Of a stretch of 32,000 nucleotides of DNA, positions 1-7,606 are shown one piece after another (the stretch's first letter is position 1; each line of letters starts with the position of its first letter). A model generated the notes under the pieces. That model was not told the origin of the DNA. It saw only the letters and a list, made by a program, of their open reading frames with translations, and made no database searches. Source of the DNA: Candidatus Nitrospira inopinata (GTDB lineage Bacteria > Nitrospirota > Nitrospiria > Nitrospirales > Nitrospiraceae); assembly GCF_001458695.1 (NCBI RefSeq), contig NZ_LN885086.1, positions 3,240,001 to 3,272,000 of the forward strand, given 5' to 3'. A program made the position numbers and the translations under genes.

Positions 1-20
1 GAAATGATCCCGATAAACGT

Positions 21-46
21 TTTAAAAACCGCCCGCTTTTTGGCGG
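21..46 (-). terminator. possible rho-independent terminator downstream of bd-like oxidase A
   Basis: Plus-strand CCGCC (29-33) can pair with GGCGG (42-46) across an 8-nt loop. On the minus strand the hairpin is followed by TTTTT (A-run 24-28). The stem is short, so this is a weak call. Confidence 0.3.
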
Positions 47-232
47 AAGGATCACTGATCGATACCTGAAAATAAATAAGAAGCCCAGTCAGGACGGCGA
101 GCGCCATCCAACCCATTGAAAGCGCCTCAGCAATCAAATTACCCAAGGTACTAACCCTCCTACCGCTTCACAAGAAAAAGAACGGCGACGCTGTCCTTCC
201 TCTCACAAAGCCGATCCTTAGATAAAAGTCCA

Positions 233-2149
233 TCAATGGCTTCCAGCCGGCTGCGGAATAGCGCCAGGAACCCCGACCTTTGACTCAACCGGAGCCTTCT
301 TCTCCGTCAAACTGCCGAGCCAGAAGACAAAGAGAATACTGATCCAGAAAAACAGAACGTTGGCCGAAATCACATTGGCCGCGAATCCTACCGTATGCGT
401 ATAGGCCCACGGAGAGTTATCCCGCATAATTTCATTGACGTGCCAAAAGAGACGAACCGATGAACGAATATAGCCCATCAATCCCATCATCCAGGTAAAC
501 GCGGTAGCCAGCATGATGAGCGCATATTGAGAGCGCGCCGAAATTTTTCCCCATTCGATCGGACCCAGCTGCTTGGCTCCCTTCATCATCATGCTATTGA
601 GCGTGAACATGAAAAAGAGACACGAAAGAGTCGTTGCGACCTGAGGCACAGACAGGCCGACGCGTACGTTCGCAGGAATGTAATAGCCGTATATCGCGAG
701 GAATATGATGTTTATATATGCACAGGCAAAAAACACCCCCATAAAGATATTGCCGAACCTTGCCCATGAGACAGTTGAAACTTTGTTGCCCCTCATGTAC
801 CAGACAAAACTCAGCACGGTGGTTGTAATAATAACGTTAATGCCACCATTCTTCGCCGACATGACGCCATAGTTACCAAGAACCGGGTGCTGCTGCCCTC
901 CCATCGCCTTCAATTCGGCAGGCGTCATCACCATGGTATGAGGAGTAATAAAGACCATGAATCCGCAGGCCAACAAAAAGACCAGGTACTTGATATATCG
1001 CTGGTACTTCTCAGCACCTCGCATGCGGCCCATGGCCTGCCATAAATAGTAATTGGTGCTCAAAAACAAGATCCCGATCATCGTTGCCTGAATAATAAAC
1101 AGCCAAGCCAGGAGACCGCCCATGAGCGTAATCCCCATTTGTTGCCTGTAGGCATAGACCTCTCTCATCAGCCAATAGCCGGCAAACGGAAGAGGAATGA
1201 GGAAGGCCACCCCGAGCGCCATCGCGATGTATCCCATCCAATCATAATGAGCGCGCTCTTCCTCTGTTTTTGCAGCCAGAAACTTATAGGCTGCGTACGC
1301 CGCCACCACGCCGCCACCGAACGCCATGTTGCCGAGAATACGGTGGAGGTTCAGCGGATTCCACAAAGCCGTGTGAATGACATGCCAAATATTCCCCAAA
1401 TAGCGGCCCTGCTCATCGACACCGGCTGGCGACATCATGAAACCGATCCACGAATTCGCCAAAAACATGAGCAGCGTGCCAATCACGTTCAGAATGACGG
1501 ACATGCTCAAGTGGATCCATTTCAGGAACCCCTCTTTCATTTTGTCCCAGCCATAGTAATAGATATAAAGGGTTCCACTCTCCGCAACGAACATCAAGGC
1601 ATAAATGTGCATCACGGGACGGAAAATGCTTGATAGGTACGAGAAAAAGGTTGGATACAGCGTCAGGAATGTAAAAATAAGAATCCCGCCCAGGATGGCC
1701 GTCAGCGAGTAGGCGGTCAGGCTGATCTTAATAAAATCATACGCCAACTGATCATATCGCTTAGCAAGCGCCTTATCCTTCGTGACCACCCCCATAAACT
1801 CAATGATCATGCAGAAAATCGGCACGGCAAGAACAAAACTTCCATAATAGAGATGCTGCTGATTGGCAAACCAGAGCAAGACACGGCTTTCAAAGTTGTA
1901 TCGCGGATAATCGGCGGGGCCGTCCGTCGTTTTAGGCGCAGGAGCGCCGACCACAATGCCTTCGGTCTTGTAGTAGACATCTCTCGCCTTTTCAACTTTT
2001 TCGCCTTCCTTCTGCGCCCCCTCGGCAGCCGGAGCCTCTTCACCTGTAGCCGGCGATGGAAGCGCCATAACGATCGGAAGCAGAAGAGCAACAACCATCG
2101 CGCCAAGCGCAATGATCGAGAATAACTTCTTCCGGGTTACGACACCCAT
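233..2149 (-). CDS. cytochrome bd-like oxidase, CydA (subunit I)-like membrane protein, paralog A
   Basis: 638-aa ORF with AAGGAGG 6 nt upstream of the ATG at 2149. About 14 hydrophobic helices. CydA-type motifs: QQH in the first core helix, a KWIH helix, LANSWIGFMMSPAGV (resembles the aNsWMq.P.G motif of cyt bd subunit I) and WNPLNLHR. The loop where the quinol-binding Q-loop sits in canonical CydA is only about 10 residues (MREVYAYRQQ). Paralog of 5725..7605. Confidence 0.8.
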   Translation of the reverse strand: MGVVTRKKLFSIIALGAMVVALLLPIVMALPSPATGEEAPAAEGAQKEGEKVEKARDVYYKTEGIVVGAPAPKTTDGPADYPRYNFESRVLLWFANQQHLYYGSFVLAVPIFCMIIEFMGVVTKDKALAKRYDQLAYDFIKISLTAYSLTAILGGILIFTFLTLYPTFFSYLSSIFRPVMHIYALMFVAESGTLYIYYYGWDKMKEGFLKWIHLSMSVILNVIGTLLMFLANSWIGFMMSPAGVDEQGRYLGNIWHVIHTALWNPLNLHRILGNMAFGGGVVAAYAAYKFLAAKTEEERAHYDWMGYIAMALGVAFLIPLPFAGYWLMREVYAYRQQMGITLMGGLLAWLFIIQATMIGILFLSTNYYLWQAMGRMRGAEKYQRYIKYLVFLLACGFMVFITPHTMVMTPAELKAMGGQQHPVLGNYGVMSAKNGGINVIITTTVLSFVWYMRGNKVSTVSWARFGNIFMGVFFACAYINIIFLAIYGYYIPANVRVGLSVPQVATTLSCLFFMFTLNSMMMKGAKQLGPIEWGKISARSQYALIMLATAFTWMMGLMGYIRSSVRLFWHVNEIMRDNSPWAYTHTVGFAANVISANVLFFWISILFVFWLGSLTEKKAPVESKVGVPGAIPQPAGSH

Positions 2150-2223
2150 GAAATACCTCCTTACAGCAGGACAATTACTTTGCGATCTTGTTCTTGTTCA
2201 AATTTCCATTCAGGTCAATCGGC

Positions 2224-2355
2224 CTATTGGCGGAAGAGATACCAAAAGTCCAACCCTTGCATCTCCATCAAGTAATGATCGACCAGTGTAAAGTACCCCA
2301 CCGCGATGACCAGCGATACAATCACTGCAATGACCGGATTATTCAGCGCGCTCAT
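2224..2355 (-). CDS. 43-aa single-TM mini-protein (possible CydX-like accessory subunit)
   Basis: Hand-translated; it falls below the track cut-off. Sequence: MSALNNPVIAVIVSLVIAVGYFTLVDHYLMEMQGLDFWYLFRQ. GAGGAG lies 9 nt upstream of the ATG at 2355. One hydrophobic helix. It ends 74 nt upstream of the bd-like oxidase A start, on the same strand. Confidence 0.45.
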   Translation of the reverse strand: MSALNNPVIAVIVSLVIAVGYFTLVDHYLMEMQGLDFWYLFRQ

Positions 2356-2438
2356 ACCTTTCGTCTCCTCTTTATCTCTCTGGTCGGTTTCACCAAAACC
2401 GAATCAAGCCCACAGCTCCACCTGATACCCCTTGACCT

Positions 2439-2564
2439 TTAGCAAGGGCACTGAATACCCGCGAACCAGTAAAAAAACCACAACCCAACGGCACAGGTGA
2501 TATAAAAAATCATTTTGCCGATTTTGATTTTAACGTCGCTATCCCGTTGTGCTGCCTCTGCCAT
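2439..2564 (-). CDS. 41-aa single-TM mini-protein ending in CPC
   Basis: Hand-translated: MAEAAQRDSDVKIKIGKMIFYITCAVGLWFFYWFAGIQCPC. AAGGAG lies 7 nt upstream of the ATG at 2564. One hydrophobic helix. Same strand as, and directly upstream of, the 43-aa ORF and bd-like oxidase A. Confidence 0.45.
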   Translation of the reverse strand: MAEAAQRDSDVKIKIGKMIFYITCAVGLWFFYWFAGIQCPC

Positions 2565-2616
2565 CTATAACTCCTTGTTCCTGATCAAGAGGAATGAATG
2601 ACCGGCCTTGTGTTTC

Positions 2617-2645
2617 TTGACAGAGAGGTGACCCTGTGTTAATCA
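2617..2645 (+). promoter_or_regulatory. candidate sigma70-type promoter facing the 34-aa plus-strand ORF
   Basis: TTGACA (2617-2622), 17-nt spacer, TAATCA (2640-2645) preceded by TGT (extended -10-like). The -10 matches the consensus at only 2 of 6 positions. Confidence 0.2.
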
Positions 2646-2693
2646 ACTCCTCGCAAGCACGGTGTGTACTTTTGAATTTGCAAGGAAAAAATC

Positions 2694-2798
2694 ATGTCGA
2701 AAAACGCAAAAGTGTTTGACATTATAGTTTTGGCCGGAATGGTTGTCAACATCATTTTGGCCGTGTTTTTGATCTTGTATTACTTCGATTTTCTCTAG
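2694..2798 (+). CDS. 34-aa hydrophobic mini-ORF, opposite strand to the cluster (coding status uncertain)
   Basis: Hand-translated: MSKNAKVFDIIVLAGMVVNIILAVFLILYYFDFL. AAGGA lies about 8 nt upstream of the ATG. One TM helix. Against coding: I counted only 38 G/C in 105 nt in a window that otherwise looks clearly more GC-rich by eye, and the ORF contains a perfect minus-strand promoter. Confidence 0.3.
   Translation: MSKNAKVFDIIVLAGMVVNIILAVFLILYYFDFL
2721..2749 (-). promoter_or_regulatory. perfect consensus sigma70 promoter driving the mini-ORFs and bd-like oxidase A
   Basis: The minus strand reads TTGACA (2749-2744), a 17-nt spacer ACCATTCCGGCCAAAAC, then TATAAT (2726-2721). That is 12 of 12 consensus positions at optimal spacing, in an AT-rich island just downstream of the FGE-like gene stop (2801). 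The predicted TSS is near 2714, about 150 nt upstream of the 41-aa ORF. Confidence 0.5.
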
Positions 2799-2800
2799 CA

Positions 2801-3697
2801 TCAGGTCTTTTCATTGCCCTGCTCGTTTTCTGAAATTTCTGACGTTGCACAGCGAAATCCTATCGTCTCATCCCGAAAATCAGGCATCATTTTGCTTCGA
2901 CTCGTAATGCGGATGTCGGCCCCGGTGGTCGTGTACCCCCCCCCTCGAAGCACCCGATAGGTTCCATACTCCGGCCCCATCGGATTCTTATCGGGGGAAT
3001 CCTTATAATATGTTTCTTGGTACCAATCAGCGACCCACTCCATCACGTTGCCTGCTCCATCCATGACTCCGTAAGGGCTGTGGTCCGTTTTGAAACTGCC
3101 TACCGGGGCAGACACCTCGTATCCGTCGTGCACTCGAGCCCAGTTTGCGCCGTTGGCCAATTCGTTATTCCCCCAGGGCCAGAGCCTCCCATCACTGCCG
3201 CGCATGGCCTTTTCCCACTCCGCCTCCGTCGGAAGACGCTTTCCCTTCCATCGGCAATACGCGTCTGCATCCTCCCAAGAGACGTACACCACCGGTTGAT
3301 TGGGCCCTTTCATCTTTCCGCCGCTCTTGGCATACCGTGCCGGCAATCCCGGTTTCCGATGTCCGGTCGCCAGAACGAATTGCTGATACTGCGCGTTGGT
3401 CACTTCGTATCGATCGATGAAAAACTCCTCCAGATAGACCGTTCGTTGTGGTTGCTCGTCAAACCCTCCGCTCTCGGTCCCGCGAATAAACGGTCCTGCT
3501 GGAATCCTCACCATCTCTTCTTCGATCGGCTCTTCCTTGGATACACTGTCGGCCTCTGGTTCAACTATTGCGGTCGTTTCTCCGACCGGCTCTTCGTAAG
3601 GCGTCAACGTTGTCCCCTTCATAATGCCCGCTATGGGAAGAGCGGCGCAGACCAACACGACGATCAAAAAAACAACTTTGAATTTGGTCTCGAGCAT
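2801..3697 (-). CDS. membrane-anchored FGE-sulfatase (SUMF1/DUF323) fold protein, paralog 2, no catalytic Cys pair
   Basis: Motifs: YCRWKGKRLPTEAEWEKAMRG, VLRGGGY and IGFRCATS. N-terminal TM anchor MLETKFKVVFLIVVLVCAALPIAG followed by an E/P-rich linker. I placed the start at ATG 3697, 7 nt after the stop of the upstream paralog at 3705. The track ORF extends to 3796 but would overlap that gene. Confidence 0.8.
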   Translation of the reverse strand: MLETKFKVVFLIVVLVCAALPIAGIMKGTTLTPYEEPVGETTAIVEPEADSVSKEEPIEEEMVRIPAGPFIRGTESGGFDEQPQRTVYLEEFFIDRYEVTNAQYQQFVLATGHRKPGLPARYAKSGGKMKGPNQPVVYVSWEDADAYCRWKGKRLPTEAEWEKAMRGSDGRLWPWGNNELANGANWARVHDGYEVSAPVGSFKTDHSPYGVMDGAGNVMEWVADWYQETYYKDSPDKNPMGPEYGTYRVLRGGGYTTTGADIRITSRSKMMPDFRDETIGFRCATSEISENEQGNEKT

Positions 3698-3704
3698 GCC
3701 CGCC

Positions 3705-4625
3705 TCACGGAGCCGAAACTGATCCGCTTTCCTGATCAAGATCCGCCGCGCAACGGATCCCGATCGTGATATCCGCACGCCAGTGCTTTGCCGCAAAACG
3801 CTTGGAGAGTCTCGCGTTATGCGTCGTTTCTCGCCATGATCCGCCGCGAACCACTTTGAGGTCGCCGTCTTCGGGTCCCTTGGGATCGCGGTACGGCGAC
3901 TTCTTGTAATAGTTCTCGTCGTACGAATCGGCCACCCACTCCGCGACGTTGCCGGTCATATCATAGAGCCCGTACGGACTCCGCCCCGACTCAAACGAGC
4001 CGGGAGGGGCAAGGTATTTATAACCGTCTTCGCTCCCGTCCAAATTGGCGTGCTCCGGAGCAAACTTATCCCCCCAGGCATACTTCCTTTTCCCCTCGCC
4101 TCGGCCCGCCTTTTCCCATTCCGCCTCCGTGGGAAGGCGCTTGCCGGCCCACTTGCAATAGGCCGCCGCGTCGCTCCAAGAGACGCTCATGGCGGCGAAC
4201 TCGGGTTGAAGCAGCTTGGATTGGTCGTCCTCGAACACTTCGATTCTCGGCATCGGGCGCTTTGTCATTTTGGCGAATCGCATGTATTCCGCCTGCGTCA
4301 CTTCCTTCAAATCGATATAGAACCCCTTTAAGAACACTTGGTGTTCAGGGGCTTCGTCCGGATCACCGTCGTTACTTCCCATGGTGAACGGCCCTTCAGG
4401 AATCTGCACCATTTCACGCCCTTCATCGCCGATTTTCGTTTTGTACATCGAATAGTCTTGGGGCATCGCTTTCGGCGCCGCCGACTGAGTTTCGGATGTC
4501 ACGGATTTCGCAAGTTCTTTAAGCTTGCTCGCCTTATACGACTCATAGACCAGCATGCCGATCAGTCCAAAAAACGACGCAAAGACAAAAATGATCGATC
4601 CATACAACACGCCTCTATTTTCCAC
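3705..4625 (-). CDS. membrane-anchored FGE-sulfatase (SUMF1/DUF323) fold protein, paralog 1, no catalytic Cys pair
   Basis: Motifs: YCKWAGKRLPTEAEWEKAGRG, VVRGGSW and IGIRCAADL. TM anchor VLYGSIIFVFASFFGLIGMLVY. I placed the start at GTG 4625, which has GGGGGA 6 nt upstream and lies 17 nt after the stop of ORF 4643..5044. The longest ORF reaches 4772, so the start is uncertain. Confidence 0.75.
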   Translation of the reverse strand: MENRGVLYGSIIFVFASFFGLIGMLVYESYKASKLKELAKSVTSETQSAAPKAMPQDYSMYKTKIGDEGREMVQIPEGPFTMGSNDGDPDEAPEHQVFLKGFYIDLKEVTQAEYMRFAKMTKRPMPRIEVFEDDQSKLLQPEFAAMSVSWSDAAAYCKWAGKRLPTEAEWEKAGRGEGKRKYAWGDKFAPEHANLDGSEDGYKYLAPPGSFESGRSPYGLYDMTGNVAEWVADSYDENYYKKSPYRDPKGPEDGDLKVVRGGSWRETTHNARLSKRFAAKHWRADITIGIRCAADLDQESGSVSAP

Positions 4626-4642
4626 GCCATTTCCCCCGCCGT

Positions 4643-5044
4643 TTACGGTTGCGGCGCCGACGGCTCGGTACGATCCGACGAGGCCTTCCTGGCCGCACGA
4701 AAATCCAGCAACATCGACACTTGGACACCAAGGAATCCACCCATCGCGGCCCCCGCGCCCGCGCCCACCCAAATCCTCTCAACATCCGCTACCAACCACG
4801 CCAGCGCCCCTCCCAGTAGCGTTCCCGTCATAATGCTCACGAGAAACCGGCGTCCGCCCAAAAACCCGACGACACCGCCCAGCAACAACCCCACCAGAAT
4901 GGCGACGGGCAACGCTCCCCACCCCATGACCATCCCGATCAGCGTTCCGACGGTCCCCATCACCGCCATCCCCAAAAGAATGTCCAGGATTTTTCCCATC
5001 GGCATCGCTCGGACTCGTTGACTCATCGGTCTTGACTCGCTCAT
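4643..5044 (-). CDS. Gly-rich (GxxxG / glycine-zipper) small integral membrane protein
   Basis: 133-aa ORF. Its ATG at 5044 directly abuts the TAA (5045-5047) of the upstream gene. It has 3-4 hydrophobic segments rich in GxxxG ([25 protein letters not shown]). No family was recognised. Confidence 0.5.
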   Translation of the reverse strand: MSESRPMSQRVRAMPMGKILDILLGMAVMGTVGTLIGMVMGWGALPVAILVGLLLGGVVGFLGGRRFLVSIMTGTLLGGALAWLVADVERIWVGAGAGAAMGGFLGVQVSMLLDFRAARKASSDRTEPSAPQP

Positions 5045-5725
5045 TTATTTTCCTGGAAGCGCCATCAGCGGGCCGATATCGATCTCAACACCGGGTCCCG
5101 CCACAATCGAGATCCCCCATGCCTTTGCCGCGGGTTCATGCCCATGAATCTTCTTGAAATCTTCGTACACGTTCACGCGCTCCTCGAACCACCGTCCCAG
5201 CGTCGCGGTCCCGCTTCGGACCACGAGCTCGGACCCGCTGAACATTCCTCCCTCGGTGAGCGTCCCTTCGGGCTTCGAGGGGCTCCAGACGTATTTCGTG
5301 AAGACCGGAATAAACAGAAGATCGGTATCCAGCGAGGCATAGACGGCGGCGAGAGGTTCGGTTCCCGTCGGCGCCTTCAATAATCGCCATCGCCAGGTCA
5401 AGACCGGATAGGCTTTGGGGTCCCAATCGATCTTCTTTTTTTTGATCCGTTGCCCCGCGTCCTTCGCCGACAAAAAGACGTCACCGTTCTCCGATTGAAC
5501 TTTGTAGGCCTCGCGACCTTTTGCTTTGCTCCGTTGGTTTTCGTGTTCCCAATGCGAAGGAAACCCGTCGGCATCTTTCGCTTTGAAATCTTCCAGGATC
5601 AGGACTTGGCCTTCCGCCAGACCGAAACCGGGCCAGGAGGCAAATCCGATCGCCGCAAGAGTGATGACCATGGTTCGAATCGGCACGTTCCATCGCATCA
5701 GCTTACCCCTCTCCGTCTTTTTCAT
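5045..5725 (-). CDS. DUF3047-like secreted/periplasmic protein
   Basis: 226 aa with a signal-like N-terminus (MVITLAAIGFASWPGFGLAEG). YPVLTWRWRLLKAP, AAVYASLD and KYVWS resemble the DUF3047 signature (yP.L.WrW.v, a.vyv.F, YvW). The start ATG overlaps the TGA of bd-like oxidase B (TGATG at 5723-5727). Confidence 0.6.
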   Translation of the reverse strand: MKKTERGKLMRWNVPIRTMVITLAAIGFASWPGFGLAEGQVLILEDFKAKDADGFPSHWEHENQRSKAKGREAYKVQSENGDVFLSAKDAGQRIKKKKIDWDPKAYPVLTWRWRLLKAPTGTEPLAAVYASLDTDLLFIPVFTKYVWSPSKPEGTLTEGGMFSGSELVVRSGTATLGRWFEERVNVYEDFKKIHGHEPAAKAWGISIVAGPGVEIDIGPLMALPGK

Positions 5726-7605
5726 CAGGCTTCCGGTGAAGAGACCGGCGACAACAGCGGCGCGTTCGTATTATGACGCTCTTCGCCCATCACCGGTCGC
5801 CGACCCCATTGACACATCCAAAAAAGAACCAGCACAGCTCCCCAAAAGACCACCATGTTCAACGTCACCATTTTTGCGGCGAACGCGAGATCCGGAGTGA
5901 ACGCCCAGGGCGACACGTCGGCCATCACTTCGCTCACGTGCCACGCCAACCGTCCGGATGAGCGAATATAGCCCATCAGCCCCATCACCCAACTAAAAGC
6001 CGCCGCCATGGCGAACAGCACGACCATGCCTCGCGCCGGAATCTTTCCCCATTGGATTGGCCCATGAACGATCGACCGCTTCAGCATGGCGCGATTGATC
6101 AACAATCCGACGACGATGACCGTGAAAGTCGTGAAGGCTTGCGGCGCGGACAACCCCACGCGAACGTTCGCCGGCAAGTAGAATCCGTAAATCGACAGCC
6201 CCACGACATTTGCGAGACCGACCGCGAACAGCACCGCAATCATCACGTTGCCCGTCGTAACCCACGGCACCGTCATGGTGCGATTCGCCCGTCGCATGTA
6301 CAAGAAGCTGAGGGCGGTGCAGAGCAGAATGACGTTGATGGCTCCGTTCTTGGACGACATGACTCCATAGTTCCCGATGACCGGATGCTGCGCGCCGCCC
6401 ATCGCCTTCACCTCTCCCGCCGACACAAGAAGCGTATGCGGAGTCAGCCAAATAAACAGCGCCAACAGGAGCCCCCCGAACACCAATTGATAATAGGGTT
6501 GATAGCGTTCCGCCCCCTTCAGCCGCGCCATGCCTTGCCAGATGTAATAATTGATGCCCAGAAAGAGAGCTCCGATCAGCAACGCCTGCACGACAAACAT
6601 CCACGTCAGCAACCCCCCCATCATGGTCACGCCCATGGTCTGCCGAAACGCGAAGACCGACCGCATCAGCCAATACCCGGCGATCGGCATGGGCAACAAC
6701 GCGCACACCGTCACGAAGAGAAAGACGTACCCCACCCAATCGAAATAGGCCCGTTCCTCGGTCGTCTTGGCGGTAAAGAACCGGTAGCAGGCGTACGCCA
6801 ACACGACCGCTCCGCCGGACATGATGTCGGCCAGAAACCGATGCACATTGAGCGGATTCCAGAGGACGGAATGCAGCAGATGCCACCCGTTCCCAAGAAA
6901 CCGACCTTGAGCGTCCACGCCGGCCGGTGCCATCATGAACGCCGACCAGGCATTCGCCAGCAGCAACAGAGCGGTCCCCACGACGTTCGTCGCCACCCCC
7001 ATGGCCGCATGCACCCATTTCATGCCCCGCTCGGTCATCCGGTCCCAACTATAGTAATAAAGGATCAGGAGCACTGACTCGACCACGAACACGGCGGCAT
7101 AGGCCGGCATAAACGATTTGAAGGTTCCGCCCATGTAAGTCATGAAGCTCGGATACAGCCCGATAAACATCGCGAGCATCAGACTTCCGATGACGGCGGT
7201 CACGGAGAGCGCCAACACCGCCACCTTCGCCAGATCCCTCGCCAACCCGTCGTATCTGAGCGACAACGCCGGTTTGGAGGTCATCAATCCCAGAAATTCC
7301 AGCAAGGCGCAAAAAAGCGGCAACGCCAGCACGAACCCGCCGAAATACGTGTGCTGCTGAGTCACAAACCACACCAGCGCCCGGCTGTCGAACGAGCCGA
7401 TCTGCGGGTACGCCGTTTCATGAGGCGCGGGCGCGGCGGGACCTTGCGGCACGCCGGGCGTGTTGAAATAGACGTCCAGCGACCCCTCGGCCAAGGAAAC
7501 CCCTTCCATGCCGACGAACCCCAGCAAGGCGACCAGTGTCGCAATGACTCCTATCAGCTCGAGCGCCACCCGTTTCTCTCGTCGCAAACGATCCCGAACA
7601 ACCAT
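5725..7605 (-). CDS. cytochrome bd-like oxidase, CydA (subunit I)-like membrane protein, paralog B
   Basis: 626 aa, collinear with paralog A. By eye roughly half the positions are identical; this was not computed. Shared motifs: QQH, KWVH, LANAWSAFMMAPAGV, WHLLH..WNPLNVHR, TPHT, AQHP, WHV. About 14 TM helices and no Q-loop. The ATG at 7605 lies 1 nt after the stop of the upstream membrane-protein gene. Confidence 0.8.
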   Translation of the reverse strand: MVVRDRLRREKRVALELIGVIATLVALLGFVGMEGVSLAEGSLDVYFNTPGVPQGPAAPAPHETAYPQIGSFDSRALVWFVTQQHTYFGGFVLALPLFCALLEFLGLMTSKPALSLRYDGLARDLAKVAVLALSVTAVIGSLMLAMFIGLYPSFMTYMGGTFKSFMPAYAAVFVVESVLLILYYYSWDRMTERGMKWVHAAMGVATNVVGTALLLLANAWSAFMMAPAGVDAQGRFLGNGWHLLHSVLWNPLNVHRFLADIMSGGAVVLAYACYRFFTAKTTEERAYFDWVGYVFLFVTVCALLPMPIAGYWLMRSVFAFRQTMGVTMMGGLLTWMFVVQALLIGALFLGINYYIWQGMARLKGAERYQPYYQLVFGGLLLALFIWLTPHTLLVSAGEVKAMGGAQHPVIGNYGVMSSKNGAINVILLCTALSFLYMRRANRTMTVPWVTTGNVMIAVLFAVGLANVVGLSIYGFYLPANVRVGLSAPQAFTTFTVIVVGLLINRAMLKRSIVHGPIQWGKIPARGMVVLFAMAAAFSWVMGLMGYIRSSGRLAWHVSEVMADVSPWAFTPDLAFAAKMVTLNMVVFWGAVLVLFWMCQWGRRPVMGEERHNTNAPLLSPVSSPEA

Positions 7606-7606
7606 G

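Noticed and set aside
1-116. Partial minus-strand ORF starting at ATG 116 (MGWMALAVLTGLLIYFQVSISDPSAKKRAVFKTFIGII...) and running off the window
   Set aside because: Only 38 codons are visible and the RBS is weak. The reading frame runs through the terminator-like hairpin at 21-46. It cannot be supported from this window.
2188-2442. 84-aa plus-strand ORF in the gap upstream of bd-like oxidase A
   Set aside because: It has no RBS. It lies antisense to two minus-strand mini-ORFs that do have canonical RBSs.
3698-3796. N-terminal extensions of track ORFs (3796 for FGE-like 2, 4772 for FGE-like 1, 15886 for ureF, 20077 for urtD, 21203 for urtC, 22770 for urtB, 12479 for the desaturase)
   Set aside because: The extensions overlap the upstream gene or use TTG starts without an RBS. 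Internal ATG/GTG starts with Shine-Dalgarno sites and conserved N-termini fit better.
5993-7077. 351-aa (-) and 341-aa (+) ORFs inside bd-like oxidase B
   Set aside because: These are out-of-frame or antisense to a conserved membrane protein. Their composition is Arg/Gly/His-rich and shows no start-site signals.
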